Shown here piece after piece: positions 25,899 through 39,324 of a stretch of DNA of 64,000 bases. Positions within the stretch are counted from its first letter, which is position 1. Each line of letters opens with the position of its first letter. The notes under the pieces are model-generated. The model was not told the DNA's origin. It saw only the letters and a list, made by a program, of their open reading frames with translations, and did no database searches. The stretch comes from Octopus bimaculoides (lineage: Eukaryota). The stretch is from assembly GCF_001194135.2 (NCBI RefSeq), contig NC_068982.1:51332305-51396304 (forward strand), written 5' to 3'. Position numbers and translations under genes: made by a program.

Positions 25899-28204
25899 TC
25901 AATACTTTGAGGAATAGTAAGTATGATGAGGGTTATATGGCTCATAAGGCCGTTTCAAAGGTGGAGCCATATAGGGATTAGTCTGAGCATAATACTGATG
26001 CCAGTCCTGTGTGTAGGTATAAGCATAGGGGTCAGTAGGGTAGGGAGTGTTCCGATAAAAATCCCTTTCTCCTCTTCTTCTATCCCGATAAGAATCTGTG
26101 GTCTGTCTGTGAATTAGAGGATTGGGTATTGGCTGTTCAAAGCGCCTGTTTATGGAATCAGTTCGCCGATTGTTATCTCCCCTATGCTCAGCGACATTGC
26201 GAAGTCGTTCGGGTTCATATCGCCGAGCTGCAATACCAGAAACAGTTAATATCGGGGCTCCTTTTGGTTCTTCATTTTGACAGTCGGGTACTTCTTCCCT
26301 CTCCTCCTCTTCTTCTTCCTCCTCCTCCTCCTCTTCAACTTCTTCCTCTTCCTCCTCTTCCTCGTCTTCAGTTTGGGCACTACAAGTGCCAATGTCAGCA
26401 GAATGATTGGACTCTGTATTTTCTATGCTGTCTGTTGGTTTCTTGCTGTTAGTTGGACTGTCTTCAAGTTTTACGGCAGTTAAGTTCCGTACATTACTCA
26501 CAGATTCCGGTAAGTCTGAGAGTGAATCTACAATTGGCGGAGTAACAAGATTACTAGATTTCCTTTTTAATTTTTCAATGAATTCTCTTTGGTCATCAGG
26601 AAAATCTGATTGCGAAAGTACACGGTTTACTCTGCTGGTGTAGCCAGAGGCCCCATTACTGTTGGGAGAGGAAGACTGAGAGCTAGTCTTAGAACTCTGC
26701 ATTGTATCAGTCAAAGTAGAAATATTGTCAGCTGAACCAGAATAATCTGGTAAAACAGAACAGTTGAGTCCTCGAGCATGAGGTGGAGGCCCCAAGTTAA
26801 CAGGTGGAGGTATGCTGGTATCATGTGGGGGAGGGGGATGATTCATCCAAGGTAGAGGGATAGAGCAGGGTTCAGGACTTGTTTGACTCTGGGGACTGCT
26901 GTTATAACCATCTGGGTGTTCAGTAGTGTTACTAACAGCACAATAAGGTGCTCCCATATCATGTTTCCACGGGCTTTGTGGAGCAATGGGATTCTCTGGT
27001 GGATGGAAAGTAGGGGCCATTCCAGGAATACCACCAGGTAATACCATCTGGTCCCGCCTTTGCATATTGTTCATGCCATCAGGCGGTTGCATAGGTGGCA
27101 TACCTGGCGGAGGAATTCCTTCTGAAGGTGGAGTAACCATTCCAGGCAGAAGACAGTCTGGAGGAGGAACTGGTGCTACGGAAGGGAGTGAGTCTGGAGG
27201 AAGTGGAGGCATTCCTGACATTCCTGGAAGGTGATCAGGTGGAGGTGGTGGCCCCATCATTGGAGGCAGAGTTGACAGATCAGGTCGTTGTGGAATAGAA
27301 GCTAGTCCAACTTGCTCATGTCTTTGTGGAGAAATAATGGGGGGTGGCATGGTGGGAGGGGGCGGGGGAGGTGCACTTGTGATGAGATTAGGAATATCAT
27401 CAGAAGGACCACGTTTAGCTTTCCAGGCTGCCCACGACTGAGCAGAAGTAGTCTGATTGTGCTGGGAGGATGAGGTTTGTAAGGAAGATTGAGTTGGTAG
27501 AGAAACAGGTCCTGGCCCCATAGGAGGTGGGGGAATCTGTGGAGGCATGGCAGGTTGGTTGAGATCAACAGAAGAGTCCTTATTTTTGCTGTCATCATAT
27601 GAAGTGAATGGTTTCATTCCTGTGTTCATTAAGTTCTGGAGGAAACTAGCAGTACTGGTTTTGGGAGACTTCTGGGTTTGATTAATGAGTTTGGTCAAGA
27701 AATCAATAGGATTTTCTCTCGTAGTTTGCTCTTCTTTTTCATCCTGTACAGGTGTACTTCCACCTTCATCATTAAGTGGAGTACTACTACCTTCATCATT
27801 TGACAAAGGAGGAGAGTTATAAGCTGGTACTCGACCTGAGGAGGATGAAGAGGTTGAATTGTGCAAATTACTACTGGAAGGAAGTTTTCTGTGACTTGTT
27901 TTATGTGAAGAATGACTTGGACTAGTTGTACTTCGACTGGATAGCACAGGAGAATGGTCAAGCCAATCTGAAGTGTCATCTGGTACTACATCACTACCAC
28001 TTCTTAGGTGTTTGCGGTCAGAATGATAGCGATGTTCTTTCTTTGATGAAGAAGAGGACACAGGTGATGGTTGTTGACGCTGGATATCCTCTACAGGACT
28101 AGAAATATTGCTAGCAATTGGTAGATTTGGTAACATACTAGCTATTCTTTTCTCCAAGCTGTTACATTCTTTACTTGGTTGGCTGACAGCAGAATCAAGT
28201 GGTG
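25899..28204 (-). CDS. RPRD2: Terminal coding exon of an RPRD2-like (regulation of nuclear pre-mRNA domain-containing 2) gene; about 768 aa, Ser/Pro-rich disordered, with poly-S, poly-P and poly-E tracts
   Basis: The only long stop-free ORF in the window (775 aa in the track). Acceptor ...tttatcttttcAG|CACCA at 28205-28206 (phase 1); TGA at 25899-25901. Motifs STPLNDEGGSTPVQDE, EPKGAPILTV and C-terminal PPLKRPY resemble human RPRD2 as I recall it (TPVRDE/TPTQDE, EKGAPIETL, KRPF). The orthology call is from memory and needs BLASTP. Confidence 0.65.
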
Positions 28205-28792
28205 CTGAAAAGATAAATGAAGACAAAAATAATAATGAAAATTTGGTATCAGTCCATTAAATAAACAGAATTTGTAGGATGATCAAAAAAGAAAAAAACA
28301 AAAAGGTTTTGTTTTATTCATATTACTGTGTGAGACTGAGATCAGTAGCCAAAACAACTCAAGGCTCACCTAATTTTTGAATTAAAACTGATGATTAATT
28401 TGAACTTATCAAAGTAAAGAATTTATTTTTCATTTTCCCAAGAGGAGTCAGAAATGGTTGAAGTTCTTGACTTGGGATTTGCAAACACACCAACAACAAT
28501 TACTGACTATGCATCATCTGCACTGAAAAGATTTCTAACATAGCATCAAATTATTTGTTGCAAAAGAAATAAATACAAAATAGCTTGATGCATTATTGGA
28601 AACTTGCAAGCTGAGAATGATGAAAAGTTTGGATTGCTTCAGGAAGGAAATTTCTAGGAGTTCTTGCTTGTATGCAATATGTAACTTGGAGTAGTGACAC
28701 ACTAGCTTGACTGTTGAAAGTAGCATTGACACCAATCTGAAATTACACCAGATACTATACTAACGGTCTGTTTTAGTAGATTTTTCATAATA

Positions 28793-29168
28793 ACAGGTGT
28801 AGCTATAAGAAGTTTGTTTCCAAACCACATAGTTCTGGGTCCAGTCCTACTATATGGCACCTTCAACAAAGTGTCTTCTACTATAACCCTGGGCCAACCA
28901 AAGCCTTGGCGGTGAATTTGGTAGACAGAAAGTGGAAGGCTGTTTTGTGTGTGTGGGTTGACATGATAGTTGTAAAATTAAGTGTCACTACCATACAAGA
29001 AGTGTTATTAATTTGCAGAATTCTGCAAGAACATATCAGGGTGTGGGGAAATATTACCTTGTTTGGAAACAAGTGAGGGTTGGCAACAAGAAGGGCATCT
29101 GACCATTGAAAATCTGCCTCAATAAACTCCATCTGACCCATGCAAGCATGGAAAAATGGACATTAAAA
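28793..29168 (+). mobile_element. SINE family A2: family A head joined to a different body and an RTE-like tail
   Basis: Head as in family A. 3' half is ggggaaatattaccttgtttggaaacaagtgagggttggcaac...acccatgcaagcatggaaaaatggacattaaa. Related pieces at 63563-63960 (+), 8590-8800 (-) and 60660-60850 (-). Confidence 0.75.
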
Positions 29169-30059
29169 CTATCAGAATTACTACTTTAGCATTCTATTCT
29201 AATAGATTTTCTGTAATAACAACAATGTCATAGGTAGCAATTGTTTTATCTCCTATAAGATATATTTGCAGAACAAGATATATTTGATGTCGGCCAGTTT
29301 GGAGAAATAGACATGAAATGGTGGTGGGCAAGATATGTGTATGTGTATATACATATACACAAAGGACAAAAAAAAAAAAAAAAAAAAAAAAAAGAAAGAA
29401 ACGATATTAGTTTTCACTCCACCCTAATGAAAAATAGAAATAGTCTGAATTGGATGACATATCTATATCTCTATATAATATTTGTATTTTATTGGCAACA
29501 TGAAATCCCCCTGCCCAAGTACAATGTATGTACATGTGTGTAACCTCTAAACATAATTGTATCAAGAAAGTATGTCATCAAACCAGAGTTAATTAATAAC
29601 TAATATACCACTAAACTGATCTTTAATTCTCACTTCCCACTATCTTCTTACAAAATTTACTTGTGTATAATGCAAGAAATTCAATATTAAAAAATAAAAA
29701 AAATTAAAAAAATCAGACAAAATTGGTGGGTAGCATATTTCAATGCAAAAATAAATGCAACTTGTGAAAATGAAGATAGCTCAAGAATCTAAAAACTAAT
29801 GTATGCACTTCATTGCCTGCAGCTATGAAACACAATATGTATAGCAAATACATATATTGAATGGCAACTGTTGATTCTGTTAGTATGCTGGTGGTGAGAG
29901 GTTATAACCTTCTGTTGTTTAAATATGATTATTTAACTTAAAAGGTTATAATTTTTTTAAACACCAATGTTATATTTCTATGTATGCAAGCAATGAAAAA
30001 TATCTTACATGTATAACATTATAATAATAAAAGCATGGTTGTTAAAAAGAGACATATTG

Positions 30060-30340
30060 TTCATAGAATAGCCTCAAACAAATATAGTGTTAAGAGCAAC
30101 ATGAGGCTATAGAAAGAGAATGAGGTCTAACTGTAGAAAATGCCAAGAAATAAACTATCTCTCTTTTCTGATGTCAAACGATCTAATGAGAAAGTGTGCT
30201 CACTATCCAGAACTGGAAAAAGAATTGGCTGAATAGATGGAATATCAGAGGAAAGATGGTTAAATTGAAATAACACTGCATGTAGAGTTACAATTACAGG
30301 AAAGCTAAATCAAGAAGAAGGATTACAGTTATTTAGAGGA
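30060..30340 (+). mobile_element. Degenerate pogo/Tigger-type transposase remnant (DNA-binding region)
   Basis: Translation gives ASNKYSVKSNMRL*...KMPRNK, then HYPELEKELAE*MEYQRKDG at 30201-30254. This matches the CENP-B-type HTH pattern YPELEKxLxxWxxxxRxxG with TGG->TAG. It is interrupted by the SINE at 30355. Confidence 0.6.
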
Positions 30341-30354
30341 GCATATGATAAATC

Positions 30355-30744
30355 GTGGAGGTGCAATGGCCCAGTGGTTAGGGCAGCGGACTCGCGGTCG
30401 TAGGATCGCGGTTTCGATTCCCAGATCGGGCGTTGTGAGTGTTTATTGAGCAAAAACACCTAAAGTTCCACGAGGCTCCGGCAGTGAGTGGTGGCGAACC
30501 CTGCTGTACTCTTTCACCACAACTTTTTCTCACTCTTTCTTCCTGTTTCTGTTGTGCCTGTAATTCAAAGGGCCAGCCTTGTCACACTGTGTCACGCTGA
30601 ATATCCCCGAGAACTACGTTAAGGGTACACGTGTTTGTGGATTGCTCAGCCACTTGCACGTTAATTTCACGAACAGGCTGTTCCGTTGATTGGATCAACT
30701 GGAACCCTCGACGTCGTAAGCAACAGAGTGCCAACACACAACAC
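30355..30744 (+). mobile_element. Full-length tRNA(Arg)-derived SINE (OR-type octopus SINE)
   Basis: Head ggaggtgcaatggcccagtggttagggcagcggactcgcggtcgtaggatcgcggtttcgattccc has A and B boxes and a TCG anticodon-like loop. (CAA/CA) tail. The 10-bp TSD atgataaatc lies at 30345-30354 and 30745-30754. Confidence 0.9.
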
Positions 30745-32835
30745 ATGATAAATCAGACTGATTGTTTCTAAATGATAAACCCTTATTCTATGAACAATGA
30801 GTTTTTTTTTCCCTTAAGCTGTACTGCGGCCTTCCCTCAATAACTTTTAAGCAAAAGTTACTGAGCAGAAAGCAGGAATCCCATCTGTTTAGTTTGTGTT
30901 TATGTATTTAAAAAATTTGCAGCAATATCATGTTGGTTTCTTAAAAATATGATCTATTATTAGAGGTTACATTGTACAAGAAAAAATATTACCAACTTCT
31001 TTTTTAACCTACAAAAGTGGAGGTCATATTATATTTGAGATCATATTTTACTTAAGTAAATAGAATAGATTTCTTATCCTAGCTGTAGTGAAGTAACTCC
31101 TATCAATAGTGATCAAGCAAGTTCTAATCATCAAAACTGAAGGACACACTGGATACATTATGCCTACATAAGAAACAAAAAAAAAGTGGGGGTTGCTCAT
31201 GGCAGGAGCACCTTTGCTTTAAATCTATTTGATCAGGGCTGACCTGGAGTTACTAACAAATGGAGTATTTCATTTATGTATCATCAAGTAGTGGATGACT
31301 TAAGGAATACATGACTGTTTTTTCTAGCATACATAATGTTACCTTTTATACGTTTAAGGTGACTGAAATGATTTACACTACACATTACGTTTCAATAAAT
31401 TGTTTGTTTTTGCAACTGTTTTTTCCAGACGAGTATGGGATGATCTAATGTATGATCACTGAGGTATTGCTTCACAGACAGATGGTTTTCCTGTCACAAA
31501 CCTTTATTTGCTTTTCAAGAAAGGGATTTCTTATTTCACACATCTTTTGAGGCACAAAATTGGCATACAATTTGTTGACATGGAAAACAACATCATTGTT
31601 TCTGGCTTAGCAATTTTCAGAGAAGTGCAAATGTAAATACACAAGCATATATATANNNNNNNNNNNNNNNNNNNNNNNNNNNNNNNNNNNNNNNNNNNNN
31701 NNNNNNNNNNNNNNNNNNNNNNNNNNNNNNNNNNNNNNNNNNNNNNNNNNNNNNNNNNNNNNNNNNNNNNNNNNNNNNNNNNNNNNNNNNNNNNNNNNNN
31801 NNNNNNNNNNNNNNNNNNNNNNNNNNNNNNNNNNNNNNNNNNNNNNNNNNNNNNNNNNNNNNNNNNNNNNNNNNNNNNNNNNNNNNNNNNNNNNNNNNNN
31901 NNNNNNNNNNNNNNNNNNNNNNNNNNNNNNNNNNNNNNNNNNNNNNNNNNNNNNNNNNNNNNNNNNNNNNNNNNNNNNNNNNNNNNNNNNNNNNNNNNNN
32001 NNNNNNNNNNNNNNNNNNNNNNNNNNNNNNNNNNNNNNNNNNNNNNNNNNNNNNNNNNNNNNNNNNNNNNNNNNNNNNNNNNNNNNNNNNNNNNNNNNNN
32101 NNNNNNNNNNNNNNNNNNNNNNNNNNNNNNNNNNNNNNNNNNNNNNNNNNNNNNNNNNNNNNNNNNNNNNNNNNNNNNNNNNNNNNNNNNNNNNNNNNNN
32201 NNNNNNNNNNNNNNNNNNNNNNNNNNNNNNNNNNNNNNNNNNNNNNNNNNNNNNNNNNNNNNNNNNNNNNNNNNNNNNNNNNNNNNNNNNNNNNNNNNNN
32301 NNNNNNNNNNNNNNNNNNNNNNNNNNNNNNNNNNNNNNNNNNNNNNNNNNNNNNNNNNNNNNNNNNNNNNNNNNNNNNNNNNNNNNNNNNNNNNNNNNNN
32401 NNNNNNNNNNNNNNNNNNNNNNNNNNNNNNNNNNNNNNNNNNNNNNNNNNNNNNNNNNNNNNNNNNNNNNNNNNNNNNNNNNNNNNNNNNNNNNNNNNNN
32501 NNNNNNNNNNNNNNNNNNNNNNNNNAACCATGAAACGATCGTATCCAATTAACTAAAGACTTGTTTTGTTTATGCTTTTCCCTCCGGTTTTTTGTTCTAT
32601 GTGTGCCATAAATATCGCCATCCGTTTAGAGAAAAATTTGTAGTTTAGAATCAGTAGTTCTTTGACTGCTATTTCTAAATTTTCAGTATGTTGGAGAAGC
32701 AACTCAATGCTAATCCCTGTATATTTATGATGATAAATGGTTTTACCGATAAAGGTTTTTTCATACTGAACTACTTGGCAAAATTGTTAATTATTAATTC
32801 TATTATTAATTGACGATTCCCTGCCCTTATTCTTG

Positions 32836-32866
<31 letters not shown>

Positions 32867-33182
32867 CTATCTTTCTTTTTCTCTCATCTATATATATGTA
32901 TATACAATGAACTTCTTTAAGTTTCCATCTACGAAGGCTTTGGTTGGTCTGTGGGTACAGAAGACATTTGGCAAAGGTGCTACACAGTAAGACTGAATCA
33001 CAAACCATGTTGTTGGGAAGTAAACTTCCTAACCATGCAGTTATGCTTACACCCAAGGTTTGATTCACATAGTTTTATAATTCTAATTCATTGCTCAGTA
33101 TAACACTACCATCTGGTCCTAGGGTGCCTTAAGCAGGGTTCACTCTATCACAAACATTCAGACTAGGCTTGTGGTCTGAGGA

Positions 33183-33340
33183 TGTGAAGATGCATGGCCC
33201 AGTGGTTAGGGTGTTGCACTCATGATTGCAAGATCATGGTTTTGGTTCCCAGACCAGCTGCGTATACTGTTCTTGAGCAAAACACTTCATGTCATGTTGC
33301 CCCATTCCATTCAGCCCTAAATGGACAAGCTTGTGATGAA
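33183..33340 (+). mobile_element. tRNA-derived SINE head with a CORE-like block (family D)
   Basis: gaagatgcatggcccagtggttagggtg...gttcttgagcaaaacacttc. Reverse copies at about 23620-23880 and 39000-39150. Confidence 0.6.
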
Positions 33341-34274
33341 TTGGCATACAAAGGTGAGGTGGGGACACAAGAAAATCACCAGAATGGAGGTCTTGCAAGC
33401 CTTGTTTTGTATTTAGCAATCAAAAAGATGGATTGTACCACCCATACAGTGAATCCCAATTGACTGGGCTTAGTTGTTCAACTACAACAAAAGATGATGA
33501 AGGTCTGATAGTGACTTCCTTCTTCCAAATAGCTTTGGAGGACCTGGAATGGGTATTGTCTGCTACCCTTCCTCTTCTGACAAAGTAATTAAAAAAACAA
33601 ATTTTCAAGGAAAATTAGATACTAAATAGAATTATGGTGATTATTATTTGAAGACATTGATTGATTGAAAATCTTGTTTTTAAAATCCAAAATTCATTAC
33701 TATATAAAATACTTTCACAACCGGTGTATCACAGTGAGGACAGTTATAGAAATTATATTAAAGATTTAAAAAGAAGAAATATGTAACAAACATGTGAATA
33801 CTGCAAAGAAGGATAAAAGTTCTCCACCCCCCACCTTACATAAATTGAGTCTTAATTTTAATTCTTGATTACTGAAGCTATTGGGACAGTTCGATATCAC
33901 ATTTTCCATTTCTTTTGGCAATTACTCCAGAAAACTTCCTGAAGCACTGACAAAGCCATATCAAATCATGCTTTGAAGTAGACATTCTTTTCTTTCAGAA
34001 AGACAAAATAACCAAGCATATGTCATCAAAAAAATGAATGCTTTTGGTAAAATTTCATTTCATTAGAAACAATTATGATATGAAATATGTAGGACTATAA
34101 TAGCTAGAGCTCTATTTAAGACTCTCCACTTATGTTTTGAAAAAATTCAACACTATACACAGCCGTGAAATGTAGCTGTAGAAAGAAAATAAAGCATAAG
34201 TAAACATACACACTGTACTGTTTAAATGTTTTCAGTAAAAAGTTCTGGCAAGATATAGTATAAATAATACTTAC

Positions 34275-34382
34275 ATTCACAGGATTCCTCAACATTGTCT
34301 TTCAGGTCTACAGTGCGGTTGGAATCAGGTGAGGGAGGAGGGACTGACGACACAGATTTAGGAGAAGCTTCAGATTTTCTTT
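34275..34382 (-). CDS. RPRD2: Internal 108-nt coding exon of the same gene ((E)RKSEASPKSVSSVPPPSPDSNRTVDLKDNVEESCE(S))
   Basis: Acceptor ttctttattatccAG|, donor |GTAAGT, phase 1-1, no stop. The last base T joins CA of the terminal exon to give TCA (Ser) in frame. Confidence 0.8.
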
Positions 34383-35382
34383 CTGGATAATAAAGAAATT
34401 AAAGAAAAGTTTGCATGTAAGTATGAGGTCAGTGTTATTTTGGAAACTAAAACATAGCTCTTTTGTTGTGTCTTTATGCAATATACATTTCTCAGTCTGC
34501 TTAGCTAAAAGTAAATTTACAAACTAGAATGGTAACCCTTATGAGGATCCATCCAAGTCTATATTATGTAATGTGTCCTTCCCTTTTTAAGATATTAATA
34601 GAGATTCAGCTGCTATTTCTAGTATTTCAAGCAACTGCATAGAATCAATGTTCATTGACTATTTACTTGTGATATACTGTATACAGTGCAATATGCAGAG
34701 ACAACTGATGATGCAATTAGACTGGAGTAAACCCAGAATACTAGAGAATTAAGTTAACAAAAGATATCTTTATAGCTTCACTGATATGGAGATAATGTAA
34801 TTTGTTTTTGTTCTAGGGCTGGGTCCCTACATACAATAAGACAATGTCTTGGGTCATGATCTTCATATTCCCAAGATAATATATGATGAGAGAGGAATGT
34901 AACAGTTTCAGCTGGGAATCTAAATTGAGTCGCAGACTGCCACATTGCAGCATCAGCTGTTATGTACAATAAAAATACTGAGGAAGCTGCTAAAGCAAGC
35001 AATTAAATTTTTGCCATCATAAAACTTTATGTTCACTAATTTCCACATGTTGTAGGTTAATGAGGATATTTGACACAATCCCATAGGACTTGACAAGTTA
35101 ATGCATAAAATTTTTTTTAACAACCAAGACTGTTAACAGCTTACAGTTTACTAACTGCAAAGAGTTTAGAATATGAAAGAAGTTTGATTTAAATATAAGG
35201 AATAAGCAACAAAAGTGAAAAACAAAATCAGCAACGGAAAAATTAAATAACAAAAGATGAGGGTATTTGGAGAGAAACAATTTCGTAAGAGAGACAAAGC
35301 ATGGAAACTTGTAGAAAAATAGCAATACATTCATCAAAAGTTGTGGTGTTTAGTTGAAAATATTGAGATCTCATAGGTTTAA

Positions 35383-35602
35383 CCCTTTAGTGTTCAGATT
35401 ACTTTGTTAAATGTGATACCTTTTCACTCAAATTGTTTTGAATTAATCATGCATTATCTTATAGCTTTGAGGTTTCAATGATGTGATTGTTTATTTTTAG
35501 AATGTCAATGTAGGTCAGGTGTGAGAGGCTAGATATCACCAGTTTGAATATAAAACATGTAGAATATCTGGGCCAGATATGGCCAGTTTAAACACCAAAG
35601 GG
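35383..35602. mobile_element. piggyBac-like MITE (220 bp)
   Basis: TTAA|CCCTTTAG...CCAAAGGG|TTAA. Family members at 11524-11744, 19705-19930, 40923-41137 and 44264-44438. Confidence 0.85.
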
Positions 35603-38600
35603 TTAATGTTTTAAAATTAGATTTTTTTTATTTATTACTCCAAAGATAGCAAGCTCAGCTCAAAACATGATGTAATTTTAAAAGTGGTGTTAATGATAGA
35701 AAATACATCAATATTTAGCAGAGCCATGTTTACAAAAATGCACAAACATTTCAGACATTTAGAAGAAGAACGATTAGCAAGGTGTTTTTCTTCTTTTTCT
35801 TTTTTTAAGCAAAATATCTTGGACAACAGACACATTTGTAATATATAGAAGAAGATGAAACATAAACCAAGCAACAGAAAATGCAGGTTCATTCTTATTT
35901 AGTAGTTTTCATTTTTAATATGAAAAAAAAAAGAATATCTGAACTGAGTTATGATTGATAGTGATTATAAACATGCTCCCTGCTATGTTGATAGAAATTA
36001 AACTTAGAACATTATTTATAAACAAAAATTAGTTCATTTTAAACTTAAAACTGTGTGTGGTGAGGTCTTTGAACTATGGTTATTTATTATATCCCTCTCA
36101 ATACTGGTAGTGGATAAAATAGACATATAAAGTTGGGAAAATGCATAGGATTTTAGATAATGTATTAAATGACTTGATAATTTCAGACCTGTCCAGTGAC
36201 ATGTTTTGCTGAAGAATATAGTGCAACGACAATATAATTAACCCAGGGCTTCCAGGTGTAAAACAACTATCAAAATTATGCAACAACATAGGTAAACAAA
36301 CTTTTTTTGTTTGTTTTTGGAAGTGTTGGATGTGTATCATATCATACAGGCAAGAAAGTAATATTTCAAATGCAGTATAGCTGTGAAAACAGTAGAAAGA
36401 TTGGGTATGACAAAAAATATATGAGTAAAATCCCCAATCTTTCTGCTGTTTTCACAGATATACTGCATTCGGAATATTACTTTCTTGCCTGTAGGACATT
36501 AAACTTATGTTTTTTTTTCTTCAACTACTAATCACCAAAACTTAAATTTATGACAATAAGAGTAGAGACAACATAAGGCCAAAAGAACCCTGCAGACTTG
36601 CCAAGGACAGGCCAAACTTCCCTTTGGTTAGTATAACAAAACATACCCAATATACTTTGCAGAAACTATGCCAAAAGTGGAGCTATGAGCAAGACACTGT
36701 CCTCTGACCTCAGCTCTAGGATTGCAGTAACTTTGAATAAGAACTGACTTGGATCATGACAACTGTCCTACTTGTGATGATGATGACAATGATAAAGACA
36801 TTGTACAAGAAACACAGAATCTTATTCATTTTGTTATGTTCTAAGGCAAAATACATTTCTCAGTCTGTTAAAAATTCTGTGGTTAATCCACTGGAAGGCT
36901 ATCTAATTGAAAAAACTATTTGTTGAAGCCACCCCATTCTTGGTAGCATATAAAAAAAATTTGTGAAAAAAAAAAGAAAAAGAAAGAAAAACAACAGCAA
37001 AAGATAGAACCAACTCTGTTAAGATACTATGAGGTATATGAAACTGAAAATGAAATAATACAAAGGTAAAAGAAAATTAGTTTTTGTCTGGTAGCAATTT
37101 ATTAAAATTAAAAAAAAGTTTTTCTGCAAACACATTGTTTTAATTGACTTATCAGAAATACTATAAGCCTTTACCATTGACCAAACATAGCAAAGAAGCT
37201 ATCAATTATAAATTATACATATAAAAAATTATTTGCTTTTTAAAGAATATTCTTTGTACGCCATTATTTAAACACTCAAGCTGATAGAAATAAATCTTCC
37301 TCAAACCACGTGCTACTGTCTTAATAGAGAAAGGACACACTGATCCTAGATGTCTGAAGAAAATAAATGAGATGGTCATGGTTGAAATACTTTTGATCAC
37401 ATGTGTGTTTGGTCACGCTATAGATTAAACAATACCTCTAATCTTCAATTACTTAAGATGGTCCTAATCAAAATTTTCCTTAGATATTTTCAGCAGCCAA
37501 ATCTAACCTTTGAACTAAGCTTTCAATTTTTCCAACCTAGACACATATTCCTTTACTATTTTATTGATTTCAATCTTTGGACCTCAGCCAGGCTGGGGCA
37601 CCTTTCATCATTCAACAGTCTAAACAACAGATTATTAGCAAGTTCACTTTATCTTCTCGCAAAAGACACACTTCTTGTTATACTTTTTAATTTATTTATC
37701 ATGCATAGATTACATGATGAGCATTAGCATTTATAAATAAAATCAGAACCAGAAAACTACAACAGAAGTTCATTTCTCGATGAATATTCAAGCACAACAT
37801 TTTTATTAATTCTTTGAAATTAAAAGAGCGGCATCTGTCTATTATTTTATGTGAGTGATATTGTAACATGAATCTAATTATCTTAAGAAGCACATCATGG
37901 TTACTATCATTCAATTTTAATTATCCACCACAAGGAAAATAAAAAACAAATTCACAACCTTTAATATCAATAGAGAATGTGAAAGTTGAGATGTTGTTTG
38001 TTAAAGAAGGAATGCTTAAAAATGCAGTAATGTAAGACTAGGAATAACGTATACAAATTAAACAAAATATTCAATTAAATGGGAACATGTCACACTTTCA
38101 ATGTTGTGATAAATGACAAGACAATAAAGAGATAGCAATAAACCAAGAGATGGTTTATATATATTTGCATGAAGGAAGTCACACGATGTACCAGCTACAA
38201 TGAACAATACTTTTAATTTACATTGAAAACTGAAAGGATCCATCTCTTTAAAGAAACTGACATAACAGAGACATCTAATAGAAAATCATGTTAATTAAAG
38301 GACTAAGACAGTATAGTGTGTAATTACAAGTTATTAAAAAATGTAATTAGTCAGCTGACAGACACAATAATCATGAAAGATGGATTCTTTTACCCAACAA
38401 TTTTAGATTTTCTGTTTAAATAACAAAAGAGTTTTTTAAAAAATGCTAATTTATTGGTTTAAGCAGAATAGTGGTTAAAAGAAAAAAAAACCTACCCACA
38501 CACACTCTTTTAAGTTAATAAATAGAATAGCTTGTAATTAAATGGATATCAACATGCATATTATAGCTGGATATTCAATTAGAGAAGTATTTTAAAGTAG

Positions 38601-39324
38601 GTAAGTTACTTAAAATTCTATTATTCATGCAAATTTAAAGATACACTAATGTAAAAAAATTAATGGTACACTGAAAACAACATCAATTGTAAAAGATAGT
38701 TTTTTGTTTTGTAAAACTGCGGTTTCAAAATATAATAAAAAAAAAACTAAATAGTATCAGTAAACATACACTTGGTCACAATTACTTACAGGAAGAAATA
38801 ATATCTGCTATTTTTTATAATATAATTATAACCAAAAATTTATCCCTCTAAAGTACTTTAATAACATCCCAGTTATCATATTCAGAACTAAATTCATCTA
38901 TTTTAACCAAGAATTTCTTTCTGTTGCATTGTGCCTACATATACATGCATCCATGTGTTACAACTTTACTTAGGTAAATGCATACCAGCTTGGCACTAGT
39001 GATGTCACAACTCATTTCTACAGTTGAGTGTATTGGAGAAATGTGAAATGAAGTGTCTTGCTCAAGAACACAACACAACAACCCAGTCCAGGAATCAAAC
39101 TCACCACCTCATAATTATAAGCCTGATGTTCTAATCACTGAACCAGGCATCAGATATTTGAAATTCCACTACAATGATACAATTCAACAAATATTTAAGT
39201 TAAACAGGTAAAAGATAAAATAAAAACCATAAGCCAACTGGTCCTTTATTAGCAAAGCAAGTAAACAAATTCCTACTTGTTCCATATTTTAATATAAACC
39301 TCAATTATAATCAAAAGCTAGTAT

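Noticed and set aside
25923-27979. Several 60-107 aa ORFs overlapping the large exon on the plus strand or in alternative frames
   Set aside because: Shadow ORFs of a low-complexity coding exon, with no independent splice signals or domains.
30357-30430. tRNA-Arg(TCG)-like sequence
   Set aside because: It is the head of a SINE with a body, tail and TSD; no acceptor stem.
34778-34989. Phase-1 acceptor (gctttAG|) followed by a 70-codon open frame in the intron
   Set aside because: Weak pyrimidine tract and weak donor (gtaggg), and it ends in a stop either way. It could be a poison exon but there is no support without RNA data.
36575-36720. Hairpin with an internal loop resembling half of an H/ACA snoRNA
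   Set aside because: No convincing second hairpin or correctly placed ACA box on the host strand.
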